Translations under genes and position numbers: made by a program
Source: Diplonema japonicum
Taxonomy: Eukaryota > Protista > Euglenozoa: Diplonemea
Length of the DNA: 64,000 nt
Reading direction: 5' to 3'
Assembly: GCA_964019335.1 (NCBI GenBank)
Contig: OZ025719.1
Span: 248,001-312,000, forward strand
In this document: one piece after another, positions 44,291 to 55,881 of the stretch
Layout of the letters: each line of letters starts with the position of its first letter
Position numbering within the stretch: position 1 is the first letter of the stretch
The notes under the pieces: generated by a model
Told to the model about the DNA's origin: nothing
The model's input: only the letters and a program-made list of their open reading frames with translations
Databases searched by the model: none

Positions 44291-46083
44291 ATGAGCGACA
44301 CCGGCGACAATGGAGGGAATGAAACCCCCCCTCCAACGCCACCGAAGGCAGGGGGTCCAACAGGTGGCAAGGAAGGAGAAGAAGGTGACAAGTTGGAGGA
44401 CAGGACGTCGGTCTTGGAAGTATGTATCCTTTGTCTTGAAACAAATAGCACCAAATAACACCACAGTCCCGAGTGGAGATGCTCGCGTCGCAGAATGAAA
44501 GGTTAATGACGATGCTTTCTCAGCTCGCTCCGCCAACACCTTCGCAGGCCCCTCCAGCACTGCAAGAAATAAGAGAAATAAGCGAGTTTCCCAACGAAGG
44601 GATTGAACCGGAACCGGAGCCGGAACTCCCGCCCGAGTTGGAACTCTTGGTGGAGGATGAACCGAAACCGGAACCGGAACCGGAGCCGGAGCTCTCCAGC
44701 CCGCCACCAGCGGTGGAGGAAGAGAAAGGATTTACTGAATTTCACAGGTGGGTGCTAGCGGACAGCCTGTCACAGTTCAACGATAAGTGGAACATGCGGC
44801 GGGCGATGGAAAAATGGGTTGCATTCACATCAGCGAGACAGCGACAGCGGGAAATCTTTTTAGCACACTTCAGAGGAACGAGTCTAATCACAACTGTAGC
44901 GGTGACGCGGTCTATGTGGAGGGCATACCATAAGTGGAGGCTGTGGTTGGGTCTGAGAAGACGGCATCCTCAGGCATTCGGGCTGATCCCCCGTGCACTC
45001 ATCTACGACCCTGCTGAACCAGAGGTGGGCGATGTCGAGACGATAAAGGAACGGATCACATACCACACAGGCGAGATCGATGAGCTGTCAAACGTTGTGA
45101 GGAGGCACTCTGAGATTGTGGAGCTTCTCCGCGCCACGCTGCAGAAGAAGCTCACGGCAGAGATGGAGCGGCTCAACAAGGAGACCCTTCTCATCGAAAA
45201 GGATCAAAACCGTTGGTCTGCCGAGCCCGTTCGGTCGCCGCCTGTTTTGCAGCAACAGCCCGTTCCTCCAAAATCTCTCCCGCCTCTTCCCCCACCGCCT
45301 CCTCCCCCTATTGTTGTGCCTGTTTTAACCCAGCCGCCTGTCCCGTTCTCGCCTCCGCCTGGGATTCAAATCGCGAATCATGCGCCGCTCAGCCCGTTAG
45401 CAGAACCATTCACGGTTCCCTTTCAAGGGTACATCTCCAGTGGAGGGGATCTTGAGAACTCGCCTCGATGGATGGCAATCGAGGAGGCACGCGAGGAGGC
45501 AACAGAAGACCCCCGTTGCATGGGCTTCACGTACAACCTGAAACACACCACAGAAGACGGGAAGGTCTTGGTGTATTTCAAGGGGAAGAGCGATGTGCAC
45601 AGCCATGCTGCCGGGTGGTGTTCGTACACTAGACCCAACACTACGAGTGGCTCAGGTAACAACATGGTAGATGAGGTCGACGACCTTGCTTACTCTGCTG
45701 ATGAATACGCTGCTCTGTCCCCGCGTATGTTGCCTCCCATAAACCCGGCCACGCGAGACCCGAGCATCGTCCTTGAACGGCTTGGGCTCAACCCTGGTGT
45801 CAGGCGTCGGTTGATTGATTTTTACCAGTTCTACAACCCCTCGAAGCTGCCTTCTGTGCTCCACACCATGCATGAGTTCCAAGGGCATGAGGAAGCCCTC
45901 TTCCAGGCACTTTCCGAGCAATACGGTGTTGAACCCCCGTTCGTTAATCACTCGTTGCCAGAAGGGTATCTTACATTAATCAAAAGAAATATATATACAC
46001 ACAGGTGGTCGTTGACCGAAAGCTCGAAAGGCGATCTCTTCTACCGGCATGTCGATGGGAAGAAGCAGTGGCATCTCCCTTAG
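44291..46083 (+). CDS. Pro-rich/coiled-coil protein with C-terminal WW domain; introns 44420-44466 and 45966-46004
   Basis: Removing the 39-nt in-frame intron restores LPEGWSLTESSKGDLFYRHVDGKKQWHLP. Also contains an RL..FY..YNPSK...GHEE.L...L..YG module. Confidence 0.82.
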
Positions 46084-46575
46084 GGGGAAAAACGAATAAA
46101 AGTCTTTGCTGTTGTATAGTTAACAGAACGGAACGAAAATGAAAAAGAAGTGAGTCCCCCTCCACCCCCCGCCCCGCCTGTTGTACTTTCTTTTTTTTTT
46201 CTTTTTCCATCTTCTTTTCCACCCCCCCCCCCCTTCTTTCTGTCTGTAATTGTGAGTAGAGTACAGTACTAAAAGTTCTATTTATTTGTCTGGTTCAAAC
46301 GAAAAAGCAAACACCCGATCTGTTCTATCTGTTGATCGTATTATTTTCAGTACTATTGTTCTCCCTTTCGCGTTCCCTTTTCTGGGAACCGGTGCTTGCA
46401 CGTCTTCGCGTGTTCGGCCACCGTCCACTGCTACGGGGACCTCCCTTTAGGTTTGTCCTCGTCGTTGAGTAGGCACTTCTTGGGGTTCGGAGTAGATGAG
46501 CGATCTGTGAGCCTCATGCTCTGTACGGGCCTTTCGACTTCATTCGAATAAACAAGAAAAAGAAAAGGTGCAAAC

Positions 46576-48330
46576 ATGGTGCGATGCGGCAAGTGTTTCA
46601 CTGAAGGGCCTTCCGAGGAAGCTGTCTTTTGTTGGAAATGTGGCGAATCGATGCAGCAGGCGGCGCAGCACGTGGTGGGCAGGTCAGGGAGCATTGCGGT
46701 CCCGATGCCTCTGACACCACTGAAGAAGGACACGGTGTGCAATGATGTGAACAGGCAGACGTCGCCAACGAGGGACCGTGGGGGCATTCCGAAAGCGGCC
46801 CCAATAGCGGTTACGCCCCCTGCGATGACACCGACGCCTGTGTATAGTGCTGAAGACCGCTCGATAGAAGCAATCTTAGAGCGTGCAAGGCTTGTGAACA
46901 GGACGAAGGAGGTGCGACCTATGGCGAAAGAAGTGCCGATGGAAACAGATATTATTCCACAGATAAAAGGTCCCACAAAGCACACGTCACCTGAACGGTC
47001 GCACGCTCCACCTTCACCATTCCATCCCGTAGCTCCTGTTGCTGTCCCTGTCCCTGTCCCTGTTCCTGTCCCAGTGCACCCCCCTGTGATTGCCAACGTA
47101 CCGCACATCGTGCAGCTCCCTACCGACTGTATCCCAAAAGTGAAGTCCGATGCTCTCTTTGATGAGCTTGACCTTCGCGGCGCTGGACGTGTGGCTCTCG
47201 ACGACCTCCGCACTGCTCTCACCCGCTGCGGCCTTGTCCTCGACCCCATCGACATTGCGGAGATTTTCCGCAAGGCTGACATTGATCGCGACACACTACT
47301 CACCCTCTCCGAGTTCCAGATCCTCACCGACTCGTACCCTTCCCTCACAGATGCTCTCTTCCGCCGCACAAGAATCTACTGGACCGAAACAGAGGAACTC
47401 CGCGAGATAGAAGCTGCCCGCATTCACCTCGAGGTGCTGAAGTCCCAAGAGCAGTCTGAGCGTAGCATCGAAGAAGCGGAGCGCAAAGAAGACACATTAG
47501 AGAACGAACGTCTTCGAGAAGCCGAGAGCGCCCTCGCTGCAGAGGAGACTCTCGCAAGGCAGGTGCGAAACAAACTTGAGGTGTCCACTGACGAGATCGA
47601 CATGCTGCACTCGCAGGGCAAGGAAACAACGCTTAGCTACCAGGTGCAGAGCGATCGGGTGACGCAGAGGGATCTATTAGTGCAGGACTCGAAACGGGAG
47701 ACGGAGCTTCAGGAGAAAGCGCTCGCAGGACAAGCGGGAGTGGTGCAGAAGAGCCGGATTCGATTGAAGGAGCTGGAGATGCTGCTTGTGGAGCAAGAGG
47801 AGGAAGTGAAGAGGCAGGATGCGAAGTACGAGAGGTGCAAAAACGATGTTGTGAATGCTAAGAAAAGGGAGGAGGCCAACATTATAATGCTGGAGGAGCT
47901 GCAACGGGAGACCGAAAGCTACGCAGCAAGGCTGCAAGGGGTGGAGGACGAGATTGCAAAACAGGAGAGCTATCACCGTGCGCTGGAGTGCCAGTACAAG
48001 CAAGCAGAGGCAGACACACAACGCGTGGCGACAAGACGTGACGAAACCCTGCAGCATATCCAATGGGCAAGGGAGAGGAGGTCGCAGCAGAAGAAGGCCG
48101 CCTTGCACGTGAAGACACCCTCACTACACACAGTCATCGAGGAACAGCAGAGGCTCATCATCCGCCTCACTCAACAACACGAAGAGAAGAAAGCCACCAA
48201 CAAAGCAGATCGAGACAAAGAGACAGCCGTTATCAACATGGAGCTCCGTCTCCGTCGGCAGCGGCAGCAGCTAGAAGAAGAAGAACACGTTCTTGCAGCA
48301 GGGAGACAGCCTGCTAGGTGTGCAGCATAG
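46576..48330 (+). CDS. Zinc-ribbon + EF-hand pair + coiled-coil protein
   Basis: CGKC..FCWKCG, DLRGAGRVALDD / DIDRDTLLTLSEF, and a long heptad-rich C-terminal half. Confidence 0.82.
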   Translation: MVRCGKCFTEGPSEEAVFCWKCGESMQQAAQHVVGRSGSIAVPMPLTPLKKDTVCNDVNRQTSPTRDRGGIPKAAPIAVTPPAMTPTPVYSAEDRSIEAILERARLVNRTKEVRPMAKEVPMETDIIPQIKGPTKHTSPERSHAPPSPFHPVAPVAVPVPVPVPVPVHPPVIANVPHIVQLPTDCIPKVKSDALFDELDLRGAGRVALDDLRTALTRCGLVLDPIDIAEIFRKADIDRDTLLTLSEFQILTDSYPSLTDALFRRTRIYWTETEELREIEAARIHLEVLKSQEQSERSIEEAERKEDTLENERLREAESALAAEETLARQVRNKLEVSTDEIDMLHSQGKETTLSYQVQSDRVTQRDLLVQDSKRETELQEKALAGQAGVVQKSRIRLKELEMLLVEQEEEVKRQDAKYERCKNDVVNAKKREEANIIMLEELQRETESYAARLQGVEDEIAKQESYHRALECQYKQAEADTQRVATRRDETLQHIQWARERRSQQKKAALHVKTPSLHTVIEEQQRLIIRLTQQHEEKKATNKADRDKETAVINMELRLRRQRQQLEEEEHVLAAGRQPARCAA

Positions 48331-48585
48331 TTTATCCCGTGACATCACATTACAGTATATATAGCCCAAGGGCCTACTGACCCACCCCACCACCCGCCAC
48401 ACGGATTGACCTGTCAGCCGCGTGCATTTGCTTGACACCGCGGCAAGGAGGCTGTCATATTGTACCCAGAGCCTCTTTCACTGTACATGTACATTGTATA
48501 ATGTTTAAAGTAAGTTTTATCTTGGGTTTCTTGTTGCTCATATTGTCACTGCACAGGTGGGGGGCACCCCCCCCCGAGAAAGCAA

Positions 48586-49536
48586 ATGGACCGCCACGGC
48601 GAGGAGGCGCACCCAAGAGTGTTGGTGTCTCTTGCAAGTGGTGTGCTGCAAATAGATGGCGCGCGGTCGAGCATGCGGGCAGGGGTGAGCAGCCATGTGG
48701 AGGTGGTGAACAGTGTGTTGATGTCCCCCGAGCCGCCTGAAGGTGTCCCGCCAGAGAGAGATGTGTCTCCTTTCGGGCCCTTTGAGTCTGTGATGGCTGT
48801 TGAAGATCCTGCAATTGAGGACCCCTCCAATGTTGCGGAAAGCGAGCCGGGCTACCTTGCCATGCTGCTCGACGTGAGGGAGACCCCAGTGCCCCCTATG
48901 GACTGGATATCAAACACACCAGCGATGCCAATCCCGCTTGCAAGTCAGGAGGTAGAAATAGAGATTTCTTCTGAGAACGGAGAGAGCAGCGAAGAGAAGG
49001 AGCGTGAAGAGGAAGTGAGTGTGCAGCTAGACGCACATACTCAAACAAATAGAATAGATTATGATGGTCAAGGCGAAGGAGCAGTGGTGGGGCCCAGCGC
49101 CTCTGTGATTATGGATGACGAGCCTGAAGTGACGATACCGGTGCAGCCTGCAGTCGAAGGCAGTATCAAGGGAAGCGTGCCGCCCTTGCAGCCCACCCCA
49201 AAAACGGTGTTGCGCGATATGTTGAAAACTGCTGCTGCGAAGCGGAGCTCGGCATCCCGGAGTGGTGGGTCGCCTGTGAACCCCCTTGCGCCCCTGCACC
49301 CCCCGTCGAAGGCCAAAAACCCACTAGTAGAAGAGAAACCGATCGATAACAACAAGGACGACCCCGACAAGGATGGGACTGACGACTCGGCTTCATCAAC
49401 GCCCACCAGCTCATCCTCATCAGGCGACCATACGCTGGGCTCCGAAGGCAACAATGTTGTCATCATCATGGTTGCCCTCTTGCTAGTCGTCGCTGTGGTG
49501 TTGGTATCTCTAGCTGTGACGGGCAACCTTAGTTAG
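48586..49536 (+). CDS. Low-complexity protein with C-terminal transmembrane anchor; start uncertain
   Basis: 316-aa ORF ending VVIIMVALLLVVAVVLVSLAVTGNLS. Confidence 0.7.
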   Translation: MDRHGEEAHPRVLVSLASGVLQIDGARSSMRAGVSSHVEVVNSVLMSPEPPEGVPPERDVSPFGPFESVMAVEDPAIEDPSNVAESEPGYLAMLLDVRETPVPPMDWISNTPAMPIPLASQEVEIEISSENGESSEEKEREEEVSVQLDAHTQTNRIDYDGQGEGAVVGPSASVIMDDEPEVTIPVQPAVEGSIKGSVPPLQPTPKTVLRDMLKTAAAKRSSASRSGGSPVNPLAPLHPPSKAKNPLVEEKPIDNNKDDPDKDGTDDSASSTPTSSSSSGDHTLGSEGNNVVIIMVALLLVVAVVLVSLAVTGNLS

Positions 49537-49621
49537 TACTCTTGTTTAGCTGTACCCTTCACCCCCCTTTTTTTCCCAGCAAAATACTTCATACAAAACA
49601 AGGAGTGGGAAAACGGGAAAA

Positions 49622-50446
49622 ATGAAGTTGTGTCTGATCGCCGCGCTCCTTGTAGGTCTGGCCGCCGCAGAACAAAAGACACTTCGGTGGTACATCAGCG
49701 CAAACCACCTCGATGCCAATGTCGCATTCTACAACGAGCACAAGAATGCAATGTCAGGGTTCTACGGGTGCTGCGGGGGTGCGCACGTTGCTGCAAACGG
49801 GGCCGTAACTTACAACATGCCGGAACTGCAGAACCAAACAGCAACGTACAAGGGACTGGGGCTGACCTACCACATCATGGGGAGTCTTAATGAGACTGGC
49901 GTCCTGAATGGCGGTGTGCTGGGTGGCGTTGCCGACATTGTTGCTGCGGTGAAGGCAAGCGGTTCCGATGGCATCATCTTTGACTACGAACCCAAGGACC
50001 AGCCCACCGACGAGCATGCTCAAAAATACGCAAACTTTCTAACAGCAGTCAAGAAGGCTGCTGGAACATCCTTTGATGTGGGTATGGATGTGTCAGGGTG
50101 GGGCATTCTCGACAAGTTTCCCATCTACGGTGCTTCCCATCTGGACATCTACACCAGCATGGCAACCACGTACTACGCCAAGAGTGCCTTGTCACCCACC
50201 GGCACTGCTTTTATAAACAACATGACGCACTACTTCGGAGCCGACCAGTCCTTCTACGGCATTGGGACGTGGGACGCCAATGAGGCGACTTGCAAGTGGC
50301 ACTACGGTTGGAATGCCTCTGCTTTGACCACCTTCCTCGACACCTCCAATGCGACCCACATCGACATGTGGCGGTGCGACGTGGACAACTACTCGACCCC
50401 TTCACCCGATATGTTCCCTCCTCTCGAGCAGTGGTTTCACCAGTAA
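49622..50446 (+). CDS. Secreted GH18 (chitinase)-like TIM-barrel protein, copy 1
   Basis: Signal peptide, SDGIIFDYEP catalytic-like motif, LDIYTSM..YY, terminal IDMW. Confidence 0.75.
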   Translation: MKLCLIAALLVGLAAAEQKTLRWYISANHLDANVAFYNEHKNAMSGFYGCCGGAHVAANGAVTYNMPELQNQTATYKGLGLTYHIMGSLNETGVLNGGVLGGVADIVAAVKASGSDGIIFDYEPKDQPTDEHAQKYANFLTAVKKAAGTSFDVGMDVSGWGILDKFPIYGASHLDIYTSMATTYYAKSALSPTGTAFINNMTHYFGADQSFYGIGTWDANEATCKWHYGWNASALTTFLDTSNATHIDMWRCDVDNYSTPSPDMFPPLEQWFHQ

Positions 50447-50926
50447 GAGCCATCGCCTCTTATTTGTGCGTGTTTTTTTCTTTTTATTGTATTCTCCTCT
50501 GCACCTTCCATTCTCTCGCCCCCACCACTCTGATCCCCTCTGTCGGAAGGGTGAACCGAGCATGAGGTCCGAACAACGCTTTGTTGCATTTATGTTTCTA
50601 TTTAAGATACAAAAGGGAGCGAAGATTAATTCTATAAAGGGGGAGGAATAGGAAAGAGAAAAGAAAACAAGATAAGAAACAAACTGTGCACAAAAGAGAA
50701 AAAAGAAAAGGAGTGACTCCCCACCATGACACCTTTCGAGCTCTCCCCCTCTGCCAGTTTTTTTTGCTTCTTGTTTTAAAGGAGGGCCCCGAATAATTCC
50801 ATCCCAAATAAAGGGATTGTTCGGGGGGGGGGGGCTTTACCCTTATTTTTCATTTATTTTCACCTCACGTTTTTTTAAAAGAAAAATGAAGTAAAAAAGA
50901 AAAAGGGAGGAAAGAAGGAAAACAAA

Positions 50927-51751
50927 ATGAAGTTTTGTCTCATCGCTGCGCTCCTTGTAAGCCTGGCCGCCGCAGAACAAAAGACACTTCGGTGGTACAT
51001 CAAAGCTGACCTCATCGATGCCAATGTCGCATTCTACAACGAGCACAAGAATGCAATGTCAGGGTTCTACGGGTGCTGCGGGGGTGCATACGTAGATTCA
51101 AATGGAGCCGTGACTTACAACATGTCAGAACTGCAGAACCAAACAGCAACGTACAAGGGACTGGGGCTGACCTACCACATCATGGGGAGTCTTAATGAGG
51201 CTGGCGTCCTGAACGGTGGTGTGCTGGGTGGCGTTGCCGACATTGTTGCTGCGGTGAAGGCAAGCGGTTCCGATGGCATCATCTTTGACTACGAACCCAA
51301 GGACCAGCCCACCGACGAGCATGCTCAAAAATACGCAAACTTTCTAACAGCAGTCAAGAAGGCTGCTGGAACATCCTTTGATGTGGGTATGGATGTGTCA
51401 GGGTGGGGCATTCTCGACAAGTTTCCCATCTACGGTGCTTCCCATCTGGACATCTACACCAGCATGGCAACCACGTACTACGCCAAGAGTGCCTTGTCAC
51501 CTGTTGGAACTGCCTTCATGAACAACATGACGCACTACTTCGGAGCCGACCAGTCCTTCTACGGCATTGGGACGTGGGACGCCAATGAGGCGACTTGCAA
51601 GTGGCACTACGGTTGGAATGCCTCTGCTTTGACCACCTTCCTCGACACCTCCAATGCGACCCACATCGACTTGTGGCGGTGCGACATGGACAACTACTCG
51701 ACCCCTTCACCTGATATCTACCTTCCTCTCGAGCAGTGGTTTCACCAGTAA
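50927..51751 (+). CDS. Secreted GH18-like protein, copy 2
   Basis: Tandem near-identical paralog. Confidence 0.75.
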   Translation: MKFCLIAALLVSLAAAEQKTLRWYIKADLIDANVAFYNEHKNAMSGFYGCCGGAYVDSNGAVTYNMSELQNQTATYKGLGLTYHIMGSLNEAGVLNGGVLGGVADIVAAVKASGSDGIIFDYEPKDQPTDEHAQKYANFLTAVKKAAGTSFDVGMDVSGWGILDKFPIYGASHLDIYTSMATTYYAKSALSPVGTAFMNNMTHYFGADQSFYGIGTWDANEATCKWHYGWNASALTTFLDTSNATHIDLWRCDMDNYSTPSPDIYLPLEQWFHQ

Positions 51752-52153
51752 GAGCCATCGCCTCTTATTTGTGCGTGTTTTTTTTTTTTTTTTTTTTTTT
51801 TTTTTGTATTCTCCTCTCTCATTACTGCTCCCACCACTCTGATCCCTCTGTCTGAGGGTGGCGACCGATGAGGTCCGAACAACGTTTCTGTTGCATTTAT
51901 ATGTTCTGTTCACGATCCAAAAGGGAGGGTCGTCTTTGTGGCACATATTCTCAAAAAATGAATTCTACAAGGGGAGGAATAGGAAAGAACGAAAGAAGAG
52001 ATAAGAAACAGAATGTGCGCCAACCATTCGAGCCTATCTCTGCCAGTTCTTCTTTTACTTGTTTGTTTCAAAATATTTTTGTCTTCATATTTTTTTTCGC
52101 CCTACGTTTTAAAAAAGAAAAAAAAGAAAGAGAGAGGAAAGAAAGAGAACAAA

Positions 52154-52975
52154 ATGAAGTTGTGTCTCATCGCTGCGCTCCTTGTAGGTCTGGCCGCCGC
52201 AGAACAAAAGACACTTCGGTGGTACATCAGCGCAAACCACCTCGATGCCAATGTCGCATTCTACAACGAGCACAAGAATGCAATGTCAGGGTTCTACGGG
52301 TGCTGCGGGGGTGCGCACGTTGCTGCAAACGGGGCCGTAACTTACAACATGCCGGAACTGCAGAACCAAACAGCAACGTACAAGGGACTGGGGCTGACCT
52401 ACCACATCATGGGGAGTCTTAATGAGACTGGCGTCCTGAATGGCGGTGTGCTGGGTGGCGTTGCCGACATTGTTGCTGCGGTGAAGGCAAGCGGTTCCGA
52501 TGGCATCATCTTTGACTACGAACCCAAGGACCAGCCCACCGACGAGCATGCTCAAAAATACGCAAACTTTCTAACAGCAGTCAAGAAGGCTGCTGGAACA
52601 TCCTTTGATGTGGGTATGGATGTGTCAGGGTGGGGCATTCTCGACAAGTTTCCCATCTACGGTGCTTCCCATCTGGACATCTACACCAGCATGGCAACCA
52701 CGTACTACGCCAAGAGTGCCTTGTCACCTGTTGGCACTGCCTTCATGAACAACATGACGCACTACTTCGGAGCCGACCAGTCCTTCTACGGCATTGGGAC
52801 GTGGGACGCCAATGATTCGGCTTGCAGGGACTACGGTTGGAATGCCTCTGCTTTGACCACCTTCCTCGACACCTCCAATGCGACCCACATCGACATGTGG
52901 CGGTGCGACGTGGACAACTACTCGACCCCTTCACCTGATATGTTCCCTCCTCTCGAGCAGTGGTTTCACCAGTAA
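52154..52975 (+). CDS. Secreted GH18-like protein, copy 3
   Basis: Tandem near-identical paralog. ATG at 52154 by alignment with copies 1 and 2. Confidence 0.75.
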   Translation: MKLCLIAALLVGLAAAEQKTLRWYISANHLDANVAFYNEHKNAMSGFYGCCGGAHVAANGAVTYNMPELQNQTATYKGLGLTYHIMGSLNETGVLNGGVLGGVADIVAAVKASGSDGIIFDYEPKDQPTDEHAQKYANFLTAVKKAAGTSFDVGMDVSGWGILDKFPIYGASHLDIYTSMATTYYAKSALSPVGTAFMNNMTHYFGADQSFYGIGTWDANDSACRDYGWNASALTTFLDTSNATHIDMWRCDVDNYSTPSPDMFPPLEQWFHQ

Positions 52976-53392
52976 GAGCCATCGCCTCTTATTTGTGCGT
53001 GTTTTTTCTTTTTTTCTTTTTTGTTTCTACTCTGCTCCCTCTCCCATTATTCTCTCGCCCCCACCACTCTGATCCCCTCTGTCGGAGCATGGTGGCACCG
53101 AGCATGAGGTCCGAACAACGTTTCTTTTTGCCAATAAAAAAAGGGGGGTACCTTCGCGGTGGTGCAAAAATTCTCAAAAGAAAATAAATTCTATGAAGGG
53201 GGGGAGGAAGAGGAACGAAGAAAGAAGGAGGAAAAAAAGAAAAGCGGGCAAAAAAAAAGGAAGTGCAGAAGAAAAAAAGGCTGCCTTCACAAAGGGTTTT
53301 CCCTCCCCCTCCTATCTCCGGGTTTCCCCCCTATTTTCTTGTTTTACCCATTGTATATAATCACTTTCAGGCTGGTCGGGGGCGGGCCTTGA

Positions 53393-55711
53393 ATGCCAGC
53401 AGATCCAGATGGCGGACAGAATACCTCTCCTACCCGTGGGCACAGCGTAGAGAAAGAAGCCTGGGATATTTATTCAGGGAGGCTAGATGGGGAGTACCAC
53501 AGTTGGGTTGGCGGGCTGTATCAAAAACGGGACCACAACATCTGGGCTGTGCTGCATGAGAATGCGAAGAAAGCACGAGAGAAACGCTTGAAAATGGAAG
53601 AAGAACTGGAAGCGAGAAGAAAAGAAGCGGAGCGGCGGGAGATGGAGGAATGCACATTCACTCCCAGCGCGAAGAGCAAACGAAGAACCTCGAAAACTGA
53701 GGAAACCGTAAAAAAGGAACCGTCTCCCATCCGTGATGCCGTTGAAACTGACAACGAAGACATTGTAACCCAACCGGATTCCATGTCGCAGGGCGACAAG
53801 TTTGAAGAGATAAGCGAAGCAGGTGAACAGGACAATCTGCAGATCGTTGTTGAGGACGCAGCTCCTGATGAAGATTCGGATGCCGATTTTGCGTCAGTTA
53901 AGTCAGATACAGCGGATGAGACACAGCAGCCTTCAAGGCGATCGTCGTCCTCATCGTCATCTGCACCGTCGCCTCTCCCTCGTACGGAGCCCTCGCCAGA
54001 ACCTGAAGTGAAACGTGAAGCTGAAGCTGAACCAAAATCTGCTGATGTTACCACCGACGAGCCACCCACCCCCACACCCCTGACACCCATCTCTCTCCTC
54101 CGAGCCTTTGCATGGGGTGTAACGGGACGCCCTGTTACCGAGATTGCGGAAATCAACCCCAATGTGTCATGGCTTTTCCCGTTAGGGATTTTCTACAGAC
54201 TGGTCTTGGTGGTTTTGGCAGTCGTTATTGCAGTTGCGAGCCTCACGCCTGACACGCAGCGGGTTCTAGAGATCGTGCTGTACACGTTGTGTGTTGTGCC
54301 TGTCGTTATCAAAGCGGTGCGGAGCGCTACGCAAGAAGATATTGTTGCCACCTTTAACTTTATGAAGCTCGCCGCTGGTGACAAGCTGCCCGCTAGCGTC
54401 ATCGTTGGCACTGTGCTTGACGGTGGTGTGGCGGCGTTGTTGTGTATTTTAACTGCAGGGGACTATGCAGCGTCCGTTGTCTCGCGTCATGTACTCCTCG
54501 ACTTCAACCCGGCAGGTCTTTCAGCCATCGTTACCCTTATTCTCATAATCGTAGCCCTCACCTGGGCCAACCTCCCTTCTGTTGGCGTCGCAAGCGTTCC
54601 CGACCCTTTCATTCTGCTGAGACCGTTTTTCCTGCTGTTCACGCTCCGTGGTGGGTACATCGGGCTACTTCACGAAAACTACCTTGCAGGCATCGTCGCC
54701 GTGCATGGCATTGTCTTCACTGCTGTTCTATGCATTCCGGGTACAACCCCGTACGAGACCTTCTCAAAGGTCTTGTCCGTGCCTTTTGTCGCCTCCATTG
54801 AGATGTCGCGTCGGCACAACCGCAGCGCAAGTGTCGTCTGCGCGTGGGTGTTCCTGCTGCTCCTTGTCGTTGCCACGATATTGCTCCCGCAACCCAACCT
54901 GAGGGCGTCCAACCTGTCCTTGTGCTGGTGGGGGGTTGCTGTGGTTGTCCTTACTGGGCACTGCATTGCCGTGTTCCCCGACATGGAGGTCCCCGGTGTC
55001 GTCGTCATCTGCATAGGGGTGATTGGGGGGGCAGCGTATACATTGGCATTGGCTTCTGCAAAGTCAAGCGACAGTGAAAGCGCGGTTGCACCTATGCCCG
55101 ATGCTGCCAATGTGCACGATAGGCCTGTAAGGCCTGACAACCCTATCAGCACCTTGCGCCCTGTTGCGCCGTCTAAAGCAATGTACGCGAAGGAAGCGGG
55201 GGTTGCTCCTCAGATGTCTCCAGCCGTCCAGGAACCGGTCAACCCATTATCTATGCCCATGCCTATGCCCATGCCCCAGGGTGGTGGGCAACACGAAGCA
55301 CCTCCTCCCAATCAAGGCGCCTCACAGAACGAACCGAACAATGATGGTGCAGTGCCGCACCAACGCCAGCAGTCTCCAGCGGAAGCCGCAGGAATCTCAC
55401 CACAACAGAACGTGCCCAGCCAATCCCCCGAGCGCGAGGTGCAGCAGCAGTTTTGGATGCCACCCCGCCCTTTGCAAGGAATGCCTGTACAGCCTGCACC
55501 TGGTCAGGGGACGCCCGCACAAAGTGGTTGGCACCCCCAGCCGCCTATGCCAAATGGCGCCTTCCCTCAAATTCCAGCAGCCGGGCAAATCCCGGCAGCC
55601 GGGCAACGTCCGCAGAGGGGACGTGCCGGTCAGCGTGTGAAACGGCCCCGTCTACCGACAAATGGTGGAATGCACGCCATCCCCTTGCCACCATCGAAGC
55701 GGGTGGGCTAA
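53393..55711 (+). CDS. Multi-pass membrane protein with disordered N- and Q/P-rich C-termini
   Basis: 772-aa ORF with roughly 9-10 hydrophobic segments in the centre. Family not recognised. Confidence 0.78.
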   Translation: MPADPDGGQNTSPTRGHSVEKEAWDIYSGRLDGEYHSWVGGLYQKRDHNIWAVLHENAKKAREKRLKMEEELEARRKEAERREMEECTFTPSAKSKRRTSKTEETVKKEPSPIRDAVETDNEDIVTQPDSMSQGDKFEEISEAGEQDNLQIVVEDAAPDEDSDADFASVKSDTADETQQPSRRSSSSSSSAPSPLPRTEPSPEPEVKREAEAEPKSADVTTDEPPTPTPLTPISLLRAFAWGVTGRPVTEIAEINPNVSWLFPLGIFYRLVLVVLAVVIAVASLTPDTQRVLEIVLYTLCVVPVVIKAVRSATQEDIVATFNFMKLAAGDKLPASVIVGTVLDGGVAALLCILTAGDYAASVVSRHVLLDFNPAGLSAIVTLILIIVALTWANLPSVGVASVPDPFILLRPFFLLFTLRGGYIGLLHENYLAGIVAVHGIVFTAVLCIPGTTPYETFSKVLSVPFVASIEMSRRHNRSASVVCAWVFLLLLVVATILLPQPNLRASNLSLCWWGVAVVVLTGHCIAVFPDMEVPGVVVICIGVIGGAAYTLALASAKSSDSESAVAPMPDAANVHDRPVRPDNPISTLRPVAPSKAMYAKEAGVAPQMSPAVQEPVNPLSMPMPMPMPQGGGQHEAPPPNQGASQNEPNNDGAVPHQRQQSPAEAAGISPQQNVPSQSPEREVQQQFWMPPRPLQGMPVQPAPGQGTPAQSGWHPQPPMPNGAFPQIPAAGQIPAAGQRPQRGRAGQRVKRPRLPTNGGMHAIPLPPSKRVG

Positions 55712-55881
55712 CAATGTATGAATGCAAGCAGCCGAGTAGTAGAAACCTTTATATTATCGACCTTTTCACTTTTTCTTTTTTTGTCTTGTTCATTTCTTAT
55801 CTGTATTCTTATGAGGGAAGCTTGCTTTCTTTTAGTTTTTCATTTTCTTTCTGCTGCTACCTTCGCCAGGAACCCCTCACA

